DNA of 28,256 nucleotides from a virus: the IMG/VR virus record IMGVR_UViG_3300037245_003526, positions 216,297 to 244,552 of that record; one strand, written 5' to 3'. Both the position numbers and the translations under genes were made by a program. Below, one piece after another: positions 15,485 to 24,196 of the stretch; the stretch's first letter is position 1, and every line of letters begins with the position of its first letter. Below the pieces are notes generated by a model. That model searched no databases. It saw only the letters and a program-made list of their open reading frames with translations, and was not told where the DNA came from.

Positions 15485-15489
15485 TTACT

Positions 15490-15699
15490 TCATTTAATAA
15501 ACATAGTACACATAATCCAACCTTCTTTAAATAAGGAATAAGCTTCCTCAAGTTCAGGTTGAGATTTTTCAACCATGTTAGAATTAGCTTTATATAGTTC
15601 GTCAAAATGTTTCTTTATAACAATTTCTTCTACTTTAGATAAAGTCCTTATATACTCCCTATATGCTTTCCAATCAAAATTAAAAAATGGTTCACTCAT
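15490..15699 (-). CDS. hypothetical protein (69 aa)
   Basis: GAAAGGAG RBS. The 15.5-17.2 kb span holds seven consecutive small ORFs on this strand. Confidence 0.5.
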   Translation of the reverse strand: MSEPFFNFDWKAYREYIRTLSKVEEIVIKKHFDELYKANSNMVEKSQPELEEAYSLFKEGWIMCTMFIK

Positions 15700-15713
15700 T
15701 CCTCTACTCCTTT

Positions 15714-16106
15714 CTATAGATAAAACATATGAGGTCCTGTTGTAAATGAAATCTCACATGCAGGATCTTGTTGATTTTCCTCTATAAATTTTTGTACATC
15801 ATCTGATATTCTCTTAGATGATATTACTTTAATTTTAAGTTTATATCTCCTATTAGGATCAAACCAAGAATCCCAAAATTTGATATCATTAACCTTATAA
15901 TATACTAATGCAAAACATTGTAAATTTGTTTTATGATATATTACCGCTTCAAAATCAAACGTTGTATAAATCCTTCCCATATCATTTTTAATATGCATAG
16001 CATACTCATGAGGAAATGTCTCGTTACGCTCAGAAACAGTAACCCCTTGATCCCATAGATTCCTTTTTAATATACTAAACCATTGTCTTACTCTATATAA
16101 AATCAT
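15714..16106 (-). CDS. hypothetical protein (~130 aa)
   Basis: The track starts at TTG 16115. The ATG at 16106 overlaps the upstream TGA (ATGA), so it is preferred. Confidence 0.5.
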   Translation of the reverse strand: MILYRVRQWFSILKRNLWDQGVTVSERNETFPHEYAMHIKNDMGRIYTTFDFEAVIYHKTNLQCFALVYYKVNDIKFWDSWFDPNRRYKLKIKVISSKRISDDVQKFIEENQQDPACEISFTTGPHMFYL

Positions 16107-16297
16107 GCCCACCAATCCCTTTCTTTAATTTTTTTTATTATTCCAGGAATAGCAGATATAAATAAAGCACCAGCTATTATAGAACCTATCCATGGAATTA
16201 TATCTAAGAACATAATAAAATCATCACAAGTAGCAACCCATATCCTATCCCAAAAAGACAATTTTTCAAACTCTTGAATTATTTCATATTTATCCAT
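16103..16297 (-). CDS. small membrane protein (~64 aa)
   Basis: The track starts at GTG 16303. The ATG at 16297 is preceded by AGAGGTGA. Hydrophobic IPWIGSIIAGALFISAIPGII. Confidence 0.45.
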   Translation of the reverse strand: MDKYEIIQEFEKLSFWDRIWVATCDDFIMFLDIIPWIGSIIAGALFISAIPGIIKKIKERDWWA

Positions 16298-16299
16298 AA

Positions 16300-16527
16300 T
16301 CACCTCTGACCGAATCTATGACTTATATCATCAACCCATAATATTCTACCAGTTGGATCTCCATTTTCATTAAGATTAGTAATATGTTGAATCATTACAT
16401 TAAGACCTAAATCGGAAATCTTTTTAGCAATGAGAAAGATGTTTTCATCTTTCGTTAGATACTGGTTGTGACTATAACCAATCCACTCAAAATCTTGACA
16501 TGCCCAAAAACCAATTTGATCAGCCAT
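16300..16527 (-). CDS. hypothetical protein (75 aa)
   Basis: ORF in series with its neighbours. Confidence 0.5.
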   Translation of the reverse strand: MADQIGFWACQDFEWIGYSHNQYLTKDENIFLIAKKISDLGLNVMIQHITNLNENGDPTGRILWVDDISHRFGQR

Positions 16528-16555
16528 TGTAGTTTCATCTCCATATTAAGTAAGA

Positions 16556-16741
16556 TTACACATCTTTATCTTCTTTCCACTTTTCAAATTCAGCATCAAA
16601 ATCTAATCCCCTACTCTCCATAGATTCTCTCGCCATATTAATAATTTTTGTAAGAGACATATCACTTTCAAGATCCTGACGCATAAATTCTAATTGAGTT
16701 TCTGTAAATCCTTCATGTTCATAATCTTTTTTTTCAGGCAT
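16556..16741 (-). CDS. acidic small protein (61 aa)
   Basis: Highly acidic (EHEGFTETQLEFMRQDLESDMS...). Overlaps the upstream stop. Confidence 0.5.
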   Translation of the reverse strand: MPEKKDYEHEGFTETQLEFMRQDLESDMSLTKIINMARESMESRGLDFDAEFEKWKEDKDV

Positions 16742-16943
16742 TTTTTCTCCTTATAAATCCTAGTTTGCAAGAGTATACTAATGTTCCTCCCCAATGAATA
16801 CTATTAGTATAACTAAAACTATTATTTTCTGGTAATTTAACCAGTTTACAAGCAGTTATATATGCCTTATAATTATTTATAGCATATATATTATATGTCT
16901 TAACTCTTCCATTCCCTTTAATTTCAATTGTATAACCATGCAT
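16734..16943 (-). CDS. hypothetical protein (69 aa)
   Basis: The RBS AGGAGGAGGG is embedded in the end of the upstream ORF. Confidence 0.5.
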   Translation of the reverse strand: MHGYTIEIKGNGRVKTYNIYAINNYKAYITACKLVKLPENNSFSYTNSIHWGGTLVYSCKLGFIRRKNA

Positions 16944-16946
16944 ATA

Positions 16947-17228
16947 TTACCCTCCTCCTGATAAAGTCTTTTTTAATTCCTCCTTTGTTATGGGAATGAT
17001 CATTGTTTGATGAGTAAAAATTGGAATCTTCTTTACAAGTCCACCACACTTCTCGATAGCATTAAGCATTTCAACAATATGATCATTTCTATGTTCAATA
17101 ATTATATTTCCATACTTAATTATTCCCCATATACGTTTATGCTCATTTTCAACTTTAGTGCCTTTTGGAAAATGTTTTATTATATCTTCAAGTACCAAAC
17201 CCTCTACATATACTATTCCACTATTCAT
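16947..17228 (-). CDS. hypothetical protein (93 aa)
   Basis: TAGGAGATTATAatg RBS. Its C-terminal ...SGGG is encoded by the downstream gene's SD. Confidence 0.5.
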   Translation of the reverse strand: MNSGIVYVEGLVLEDIIKHFPKGTKVENEHKRIWGIIKYGNIIIEHRNDHIVEMLNAIEKCGGLVKKIPIFTHQTMIIPITKEELKKTLSGGG

Positions 17229-17324
17229 ATTATAATCTCCTATTCAGTAGTAAAATTTCAATGAAAAACCTATCCATTATTTAATATATATATTCAACCT
17301 TTACCAAAATGAATAAAAAGAAAA

Positions 17325-17355
17325 CAAAAAAAAGGGGTTGCTAGTCCCTTTTTTT
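17325..17355 (-). terminator. terminator hairpin downstream of 17365..17778
   Basis: A8-GGGG-ttgctagt-CCC-T8 on the plus strand. On the minus strand this reads as a hairpin followed by a U-run. Confidence 0.45.
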
Positions 17356-17364
17356 TATTCTTTT

Positions 17365-17778
17365 TTATTCGTTTACTCCATCTTGCACCAATAAATCAAG
17401 AATACTAACATTTTGCTCATTTACTTCTTCCATTTTCTTCAGCTCTTTAACCTTACTTTCCAGGTAAAATACCTCCTTCACGTTTATATGTTTATCCCGA
17501 ACGTGTTTACCAGTTCTACATAGATTACTTTCATCAGATTCAATTTGTCCATGTTGACCGCAAGGAGTGTCCTTAAACCAAATTTTTTCATGAATAGCAC
17601 ACACAGCAGTATCTCCATTCCAAGAAAAATGAGGACATACTTCTCCATCATGTTTATGATAAACCTGATCTCCAAACTTTTCAATATTTTCTTCCTTTGG
17701 ATTATACCTTTCAACCCATTCAGGAGCAACTATAACCACTGGAAACAGACAACATTTACCACAGCGTAAACATTTCAT
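17365..17778 (-). CDS. YkgJ/UPF0153-like CxxCGxCC metal-cluster protein
   Basis: The track starts at 17796. The second ATG at 17778 is preceded by GAAGGAGGacaag and gives MKCLRCGKCC... (C-x2-C-G-x-C-C), plus further Cys/His (CPHF, CAIH, CGQHG). Confidence 0.5.
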   Translation of the reverse strand: MKCLRCGKCCLFPVVIVAPEWVERYNPKEENIEKFGDQVYHKHDGEVCPHFSWNGDTAVCAIHEKIWFKDTPCGQHGQIESDESNLCRTGKHVRDKHINVKEVFYLESKVKELKKMEEVNEQNVSILDLLVQDGVNE

Positions 17779-17808
17779 CTTGTCCTCCTTCTCCATGCTA
17801 AGGTTAAT

Positions 17809-18228
17809 TTAGCTACCATTGATATATTCCCAATCCTCTTCAGAGATAAACCAAGGACGTTCTTCACTGTCAGCAGCCTCCCATCCTTCTTGAAACAGAG
17901 AAATTTCAGTATCTTGATCCATACCGTCAAGATTTTCTGATCTGCAAGACATTCCAAATGTACTGTTTTCATTACCAAAAGTATCATGATCATCAAAATC
18001 ACCATTAGCCATTTTCATAGCACCACTAGCCAAAACACCGACTATAATTGAAAATATAATGGGATGCTCGCCAATCCATTTTCCAGCTTTGCTATTTTCA
18101 ATTTTTTCCATTGCAGGTGAAATAACATGTTCAATAACTGGACTTAATGTATGATCAAAAACCCAATCTAACTTATCAAAAGTAAAATCTATTGCGTTAT
18201 CTAACTTGTCTGACATCTTGTCTGACAT
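17809..18228 (-). CDS. acidic protein with a central hydrophobic segment (139 aa)
   Basis: AAAAGGAGGacaagATG. Starts MSDKMSDK, encoded by a 12-nt tandem duplication. D/E-rich ends flank IIFSIIVGVLASGAM. Confidence 0.55.
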   Translation of the reverse strand: MSDKMSDKLDNAIDFTFDKLDWVFDHTLSPVIEHVISPAMEKIENSKAGKWIGEHPIIFSIIVGVLASGAMKMANGDFDDHDTFGNENSTFGMSCRSENLDGMDQDTEISLFQEGWEAADSEERPWFISEEDWEYINGS

Positions 18229-18332
18229 CTTGTCCTCCTTTTATTTAAAAATTTAATCCAAATACTCCATTAACTCAAATTATAATATATATAACAAATA
18301 CTATTATATTGGATTAAATTTTCTTAAGCTCT

Positions 18333-18789
18333 TCATCTCTTCTTCTTTTTAGTTTTAGATTTTTTAATCGGTATTTTATAATCATTAAATCTTATAATTA
18401 AATTATCTAATTCCTTTCTAAGTTTAATAACTTCGTCAGTAGTATATGTATCATCACCAATTGCTTTAATAGCAGACTTTATTGCTCCTATAGATTCATC
18501 TACTACGTCTATCACTTCCATCCGTTTTTCCAACTCAGTGATTCTGTTATTGTAATTATTTAAAACTATAGCTATTATTAATAGAGCCACAGCAGTCAAA
18601 ATTCTCAAAATCCATCTAATAATCATATTAGTTCCTTCAAGCTGCTCATCAGTTTTCTTTTCCGGCATTTCCTTTTCCTTTTCCTTAAAAATTATTTTAG
18701 ATTCTGTACCCCAAAGAAATCTCATTCTTAAATGTTCTTTTTTTATATGTGGATTTTTTTTATAAAATTCCACAGCTGAAACTGTTTTC
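18333..18789 (-). CDS. single-TM coiled-coil protein
   Basis: The track starts at 18836, which overlaps the upstream gene by 38 nt. An internal ATG at 18789 is preceded by TAGGAGAAat and gives MKTVSAVEF... TM WILRILTAVALLIIAIVL. Alternative start 18836. Confidence 0.5.
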
Positions 18790-18798
18790 ATATTTCTC

Positions 18799-19101
18799 CT
18801 ATAAACTCCATGATTTTTCCGGATCTTTTTTTCCATTCATTCCTGAACAGATCATCCATGCTTTACCTTTTTCAAGATTTTTAATGGTTATAGGACCTGG
18901 TTTTTTACTTATTTTTTCCTCATATAAGTGACTACATTTTACCTTATGTAAGGTATCTTTAAATAAATTAACCATAAAATTATATGCATCTTCTGATATA
19001 TATGCACATATATAAACTTTTTCCTCAATATCTGAAAAAGAAGGATACCATTTTACAGTAAAAATCTGCATTACTTTATTCTTAGTATTGTCATTTTCCA
19101 T
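18799..19101 (-). CDS. hypothetical protein (100 aa)
   Basis: AAAGGAGcataaaaaATG RBS. Confidence 0.5.
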   Translation of the reverse strand: MENDNTKNKVMQIFTVKWYPSFSDIEEKVYICAYISEDAYNFMVNLFKDTLHKVKCSHLYEEKISKKPGPITIKNLEKGKAWMICSGMNGKKDPEKSWSL

Positions 19102-19177
19102 TTTTTATGCTCCTTTGTAATTAAAATAATATATAATAATTTCCAATTTTAAGAACATATTAAAAAAGGAGAATCAA

Positions 19178-19363
19178 ATGAGTGAAACTACTAATGAAAA
19201 GAAAATTGAACTTATAGAATTTAGTATAGATATGCCAAATGAAATATTCGATTTCCTAGTTAAATTTGGTCTTGAAAAAATAAAAGAAGATAAAGAAGAA
19301 CTTGCTAATTATGCCTTGAATATTATACTTAAAGATGCAGTCAAAAATCTAAAAATAGAATAA
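19178..19363 (+). CDS. small acidic protein (61 aa), lone plus-strand gene
   Basis: AAAAGGAGAatcaaATG. Ribbon-helix-helix-like pattern (KKIELIEFSIDMPNEIFDFL...). Weak. Confidence 0.4.
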   Translation: MSETTNEKKIELIEFSIDMPNEIFDFLVKFGLEKIKEDKEELANYALNIILKDAVKNLKIE

Positions 19364-19414
19364 TAACCCTTCCTTAGTTAGTAATATATTTAGTAGTCAT
19401 TATTATATTGGAAC

Positions 19415-19444
19415 AAAAAAAGAGGGTTGCCATACCTCTCTTTT
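19415..19444. terminator. bidirectional terminator between convergent genes
   Basis: A7-GAGGG-ttgccata-CCTCTC-T4, preceded by the conserved ATTATATTGGAACAA block. Confidence 0.5.
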
Positions 19445-19459
19445 CCCGTATTGGTTATA

Positions 19460-20128
19460 TCACCACCTATTCCCACCACCTTTTGCCTTTTTTAATTTAA
19501 CATCTTTAAAAAGTTTGTTATTCCCTTTAGTACAATAAAGGAAATGAAACACCGGGAAATCAACAGTATCTATCTTTTTATAGTAACCTTTTCTAATAAG
19601 AGTTCCTGCTGGACTTTTTTCATGATATTTAGCAACCAAACCTTTAATGGATGTCTTACGGAACCCATATTTTTCATATAAAAAGTCTGCAATATCATCC
19701 GTTGAAAAAACCTTATCTGCAAAGGGACCATTAATACATTTTATTATATGATCCATCGCACTTCCAATCCTTACAGTTCCAGGTTTTACACCTATCTTTC
19801 TGCTAACATAAATTACCGATCCGTTTCCCGTTACCCTTTCTAATTTTACTTTTTTAAAAAGATTGAAATTACCCTTGAGACAATAAAGATAATGAAAAGT
19901 TTTAATACCATTTTTTGCCTTCTTTTTCTTATAGAAAGCTTTCCGAAGTAAGATACCAGGATCGTCATTATATAACTTCGTGACTTCGCTCCTAATTGAA
20001 TCTTCAGCATAACCATATTTTTCGTATAAAAACATAGAAACATCTGCCGTCGAAAATACTTTTTTTGCAAATGGACCATTAACACATTTGATTATATGAT
20101 CCATTTGACTACCCTCTCTTATTTCCAT
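19460..20128 (-). CDS. protein made of two tandem ~105-aa homologous halves
   Basis: AAAGGAGatgaataATG. Half 1 MDHIIKCVNGPFAKKVFSTADVSMFLYEKYGY...FHYLYCLKGNFNLFKKVKL. Half 2 MDHIIKCINGPFADKVFSTDDIADFLYEKYGF...FHFLYCTKGNNKLFKDVKL. Confidence 0.6.
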   Translation of the reverse strand: MEIREGSQMDHIIKCVNGPFAKKVFSTADVSMFLYEKYGYAEDSIRSEVTKLYNDDPGILLRKAFYKKKKAKNGIKTFHYLYCLKGNFNLFKKVKLERVTGNGSVIYVSRKIGVKPGTVRIGSAMDHIIKCINGPFADKVFSTDDIADFLYEKYGFRKTSIKGLVAKYHEKSPAGTLIRKGYYKKIDTVDFPVFHFLYCTKGNNKLFKDVKLKKAKGGGNRW

Positions 20129-20154
20129 TATTCATCTCCTTTCTTTTTATTTAA

Positions 20155-20793
20155 TTAATCAAGATCCTCCTTATTAACATCAATATCTTTCCATTCCAAA
20201 TCATATTTTTCAAGTAAAAATGATAGAATAGTAAAAAAGTTATGATCAAGACTAATTAATACATCCTGTGGATTTTTATCAGGGTTATCCTCTAAACATT
20301 TTTCTACCGTTTCATTAAAATGTTCACTAATGTGAATTCCAGTGTCCTCATTTTTTTCAACAATCCATGTATCATATTCCTCATTATAAAGAATCTCAGG
20401 GGTATGAAAGTGTAAACTAAATTGGGTACGTGGATCGTTATCAGGATTTTTAACTTTATCAAATGCCAGCGTCATGACACTGTTTTCCTCTATAGCGTTT
20501 TTATATTGACCAAGTTCATCATCAATAACTTCTCTTAATTCACTTTCAACTACGTCACCAATACCCTCTTTAATCTTCTTTATCAAAACATCTACTTTAT
20601 TCAATTCGGTAGTTTTATCTTCCTGTTCCGATCTTTTTTCCATTACAAATAATCCTTCATCTAAATACTTGGCCATCTCTTCAAGCCTAGTATCAGGATA
20701 AGTTATCTTATTAAACTCAAGCTGACCATCCAAATCAATAGTCAGTGCAAGTAATCCATCAGGTTGTATGAATATTCTACGTATCACTTTCAT
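20155..20793 (-). CDS. strongly acidic protein (212 aa)
   Basis: Long ORF, D/E-rich throughout. Confidence 0.55.
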   Translation of the reverse strand: MKVIRRIFIQPDGLLALTIDLDGQLEFNKITYPDTRLEEMAKYLDEGLFVMEKRSEQEDKTTELNKVDVLIKKIKEGIGDVVESELREVIDDELGQYKNAIEENSVMTLAFDKVKNPDNDPRTQFSLHFHTPEILYNEEYDTWIVEKNEDTGIHISEHFNETVEKCLEDNPDKNPQDVLISLDHNFFTILSFLLEKYDLEWKDIDVNKEDLD

Positions 20794-21166
20794 TATGAAG
20801 AATACCTTTCTTTAAGTTGTTAATGGCAGTATGTACTGAATTTTCTTCATCCAATATTTTTTCGGATGCTTTTATGTTCTTTTCCAATACCTCTAAATTT
20901 ATAATATTACCAGCATCAGAACCGTATATTTCCATTGAATATTTTACGACATCCATAATATTTAATGCCTCATTCAACTCATTAAAACCGAATTCATACA
21001 TTCCTATATTTCCTGTGAGGTCTTCCTTCAAAAATTTCAGTCCGTCTTTAGCTTTAGAAAAAGCTTCCTCGTCTTCAAAAGCACTAAATAATTCCTGCTG
21101 CTCTTCTTCATTTAACTTCAACTCAAAGTCTTTCAGAATCCTTACAAAATTAATGTATGCCGTCAT
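20777..21166 (-). CDS. hypothetical acidic protein (129 aa)
   Basis: GAAAGGTGAtaaaaaATG. Confidence 0.5.
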   Translation of the reverse strand: MTAYINFVRILKDFELKLNEEEQQELFSAFEDEEAFSKAKDGLKFLKEDLTGNIGMYEFGFNELNEALNIMDVVKYSMEIYGSDAGNIINLEVLEKNIKASEKILDEENSVHTAINNLKKGILHNESDT

Positions 21167-21214
21167 TTTTTATCACCTTTCTTTTTTAAGCTATCAATTT
21201 ATAACACTTTGTCT

Positions 21215-21532
21215 TCATTTCATCCTCCCAACCTTCTTAAGTACCTTATCAAGTCTGTCCTGTACCTCTTTTAAAGATTTCTTTATATTACCAATCTCTT
21301 TCTCCATAAATTTAGCAACATAATAACCTATGTAATTAGAAGTGATTACACGGAGAATTAAAGCAATTTCGTTTTCAGCAATACCAACTACACCATAACG
21401 GTATTCTATTATTTTACCTATAATATCAGGGTCAGAAGCCTTAAGCATTTCATATAATATTTTAATATCATAGTCAGAAATTTTGTCAGTTATCTCCTTC
21501 CCTGCCTCTTCAAATTTATCTAAATCAAACAT
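21215..21532 (-). CDS. hypothetical protein (105 aa)
   Basis: AAAGGAGAatatataATG. Confidence 0.5.
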   Translation of the reverse strand: MFDLDKFEEAGKEITDKISDYDIKILYEMLKASDPDIIGKIIEYRYGVVGIAENEIALILRVITSNYIGYYVAKFMEKEIGNIKKSLKEVQDRLDKVLKKVGRMK

Positions 21533-21545
21533 TATATATTCTCCT

Positions 21546-21980
21546 TTATTTTTTTAGTAAATCATTTATTTTACCTGATAATGGTTCTATTAAATTAATT
21601 GCTTCATGAGTAGTACCACCAAATTCCTCATTCCATTTAAGGGGAGTTTGAATAATAATACGATAAGGAGTCTTAAATCCAACTAATGTCATGATCAATT
21701 GCATTACTTTATCACTGGGTAATTGACCTTTTTCATGAACACTTACAGATAAATGTTTGCACATACATGGAGGTTGTTGTTCATGTGTATATGTAATACA
21801 TACTTGCTCATCATTTATAACTACATAAATAGTAAAGTCTTCATTCACTCCTCCAGGAGATGCTTCACCTTTAGTTAAAGCTTCCATAGTCTCTAATGAG
21901 GTTGGATTTTCAGTAGCATGTTTTATTATTCGCTCAATCTCATCCATAAAGTTTCCAGACGTAATAAATATTTCACCCAT
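21546..21980 (-). CDS. hypothetical protein (144 aa)
   Basis: AAGGAAAGGAtttaaaATG. Confidence 0.5.
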   Translation of the reverse strand: MGEIFITSGNFMDEIERIIKHATENPTSLETMEALTKGEASPGGVNEDFTIYVVINDEQVCITYTHEQQPPCMCKHLSVSVHEKGQLPSDKVMQLIMTLVGFKTPYRIIIQTPLKWNEEFGGTTHEAINLIEPLSGKINDLLKK

Positions 21981-21994
21981 TTTAAATCCTTTCC

Positions 21995-22351
21995 TTATTT
22001 ATCAAGTCCTATTAATTTGCGTCGCAAGTCTTCCATCAGATTAGAAGGTAAACGAAGTTCTAATAAATCTAATATTTTTAAGATATCACTAAATAAAAAT
22101 GAACCTTTCCCGTTTTCTTTTTTTGAATAATTGGACCTATCCATTTTTATATACCCAGCAATATCATCCTGTTTTAAGTTTGCTAATTTCCTAGCTACCT
22201 TAATAAAGGACGGAACCGTTAAAGGATCTCTCCATGTTATATATTTAGATTTTTCAGTACCGTTAATAATTTTATCTATCTGATTTAAATTTAAAAATGA
22301 TGAGATATCATCATGTTCAATAATTATAATCCTAAATTTATTGTCACTCAT
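21995..22351 (-). CDS. XRE-type helix-turn-helix regulator, first gene of a transcription unit
   Basis: AAGGAGctaaaATG. HTH signature VARKLANLKQDDIAGYIKMDRSNYSKKENGK. Confidence 0.6.
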   Translation of the reverse strand: MSDNKFRIIIIEHDDISSFLNLNQIDKIINGTEKSKYITWRDPLTVPSFIKVARKLANLKQDDIAGYIKMDRSNYSKKENGKGSFLFSDILKILDLLELRLPSNLMEDLRRKLIGLDK

Positions 22352-22402
22352 TTTAGCTCCTTATATTTTTAGTAATGTATATTCTCAACGAATACTCGTA
22401 TC

Positions 22403-22443
22403 ACTTAATAATATATATAGCATCCGTCATTATATTGGAACAA
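22403..22443 (-). promoter_or_regulatory. promoter cassette immediately downstream of a terminator (TTGTTC-N18-TATATATATTATTAAG)
   Basis: On the minus strand: T7-GTTCCAATATAATgacggatgcTATATATATTATTAAG. Near-identical cassettes occur at 24158-24196 and 26862-26900. Confidence 0.4.
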
Positions 22444-22474
22444 AAAAAGAGGTAGACTAATCCTCTCCTTTTTA
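22442..22474 (-). terminator. terminator hairpin (A7-AGAGG-tagactaat-CCTCT-T5)
   Basis: Follows the stop of 22485..23123. Loop sequence tagactaat is identical to the hairpin at 26899-26928. Confidence 0.5.
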
Positions 22475-22484
22475 CTATGTTCGT

Positions 22485-23123
22485 CTAATTTATTTTGCCT
22501 CTATCAGTTGGAATCTCAAGTTTGTTAAGCACATTGTCAAAATTTCCATGTACTGATGAACCACTCTCTAAAATTTCTCCTCTTTCCTTTTTACATTTTT
22601 CGCAGGGGCAACTTTTAGGTACTATATTCTTTAATAAATCTCCAACCATTTCTACAATTTTTGAATCTTCTATAGGTAGTGGAGGATTATCATCTATTAT
22701 TTTTTTAATAACTAAACGATTATCCTCATTCCAGGGAGATACATATTGTTCAAATGGAACATTGAATGCCCATTGTGTATCTTCTATATAGGTTTCCCCG
22801 CCCGGCGTAATGTCTTTCATACCAATCTTTATAGCATTCTTTCCATCCGATTCAGTGTATACCATAGCTAATGTATGTGTAGTTTCCGATATAAATAATA
22901 CCAAATCCGTTTTAACTTTGTAAGATATTATAGATACAAAATCACCTGCCTCTTTCCTCATAGCAGGATCATGGACTGGAAGAACGTTTACATCAACTTC
23001 CTCGTTTTCCATTTTTTTGACCAATATAAACAAAGAAGGTCTGTATTCCTTATTTATGTTATTAATAGCTTCACTAAAAATTTCATCAGCAATCTCCTTA
23101 AACTTCATTTTAAATTCTTCCAT
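22485..23123 (-). CDS. paralogue A of a duplicated 212-aa protein family with a C-terminal Cys cluster
   Basis: AGGGGAAttaaaATG. About 60% identical to 23468..24106. The C-terminal CPCEKCKKERGEILESGSSVHGNFDNVLNKLEIP is near-identical to its paralogue. Confidence 0.65.
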   Translation of the reverse strand: MEEFKMKFKEIADEIFSEAINNINKEYRPSLFILVKKMENEEVDVNVLPVHDPAMRKEAGDFVSIISYKVKTDLVLFISETTHTLAMVYTESDGKNAIKIGMKDITPGGETYIEDTQWAFNVPFEQYVSPWNEDNRLVIKKIIDDNPPLPIEDSKIVEMVGDLLKNIVPKSCPCEKCKKERGEILESGSSVHGNFDNVLNKLEIPTDRGKIN

Positions 23124-23145
23124 TTTAATTCCCCTTTATTAGAAT

Positions 23146-23424
23146 TTATTTTATTTTTTTTTGTTTCAGTATATTTTTTGTAAAAATTATCTTAGAATTC
23201 TTTATAGCTTCATCAAGAATTTCCTCAATCTCCTTACGTTTCTCAGCATTCAAGCCTGGATGTTTTTCCATTATCTCTATAAATTCTGACCTGAATCCAC
23301 CCAATATATTACCAGTATATCTCACCATACTTTTTTTATATTCTCTAGTAAGATATTCATCATTATTATTTTTACTCTTTCTTCTATTAAATCTATCATT
23401 CCATTGTTTAGTAGACCTGTTCAT
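23146..23424 (-). CDS. basic hypothetical protein (92 aa) between the two paralogues
   Basis: GAAGGTGActaactaATG. Confidence 0.5.
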   Translation of the reverse strand: MNRSTKQWNDRFNRRKSKNNNDEYLTREYKKSMVRYTGNILGGFRSEFIEIMEKHPGLNAEKRKEIEEILDEAIKNSKIIFTKNILKQKKIK

Positions 23425-23467
23425 TAGTTAGTCACCTTCAATAGTTTGCATATTTCAGTTTCCTATT

Positions 23468-24106
23468 TTAATTTATTTTGTTTTTATCATTAGGAATCTC
23501 AAGTTTGTTAAGCACATTGTCAAAATTTCCATGTACTGATGCTCCACTTTCTAAAATTTCTCCTCTTTCCCTTCTACATTTTTCGCATTGACAATGGTTA
23601 GATGCTAAATTCTTTAATACATCTCCAACTATTTCCATAATTTCTGAATCTCCTATGGGATCTGGAGGAGGATTATCCTTTATCAACTGTTCGATAAATA
23701 AACGATTTTCCTCATTCCAGGGTGATACATATTGTTCAAATGGAGAATTGAATTCCCAGGTTGAATCTCCTACATATATTCCTTCTGGTTTATTGTATTT
23801 AGTACCAAACTTTAGAGCACTCTTTCCGTCCGATTCGGTGTACGACATATACAATGTATTTTCAGTTTCCCATATGAATAATATCAAATCCTTTTTATTT
23901 TTGTAAGATATTATAGATACAAAATTACCTGCCTCTTTTCTTTTAGCAGGATCATATACAGGAATAATGTCTACATCACTTTCCCCGTTTTTCAAATCTT
24001 TGACCAATATGAAAAGAGAAGGTCTTTCTTTCTCGTTTATATTATTACAAGCTTCACTAAAAATCTCATCAGCAATCTTAATAAACTTCATATCAAATTT
24101 TTCCAT
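23468..24106 (-). CDS. paralogue B of the duplicated 212-aa family
   Basis: GGGGGaaaaATG. C-terminal CQCEKCRRERGEILESGASVHGNFDNVLNKLEIP. Confidence 0.65.
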   Translation of the reverse strand: MEKFDMKFIKIADEIFSEACNNINEKERPSLFILVKDLKNGESDVDIIPVYDPAKRKEAGNFVSIISYKNKKDLILFIWETENTLYMSYTESDGKSALKFGTKYNKPEGIYVGDSTWEFNSPFEQYVSPWNEENRLFIEQLIKDNPPPDPIGDSEIMEIVGDVLKNLASNHCQCEKCRRERGEILESGASVHGNFDNVLNKLEIPNDKNKIN

Positions 24107-24157
24107 TTTTCCCCCAATTATTTAAATTTATTTAAAACAAATATTCCTAGTCTTATA

Positions 24158-24196
24158 ACTTAATATATATAGATTCCTTTTATAATATTGGAACAA
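24158..24196 (-). promoter_or_regulatory. promoter cassette downstream of a terminator (TTGTTC-N19-TATATATATTAAGTTATAAGACTAGG)
   Basis: Conserved block shared with 26862-26900, including the 5'-leader-like GTTATAAGACTAGG(A/G)ATATTT. Confidence 0.4.
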
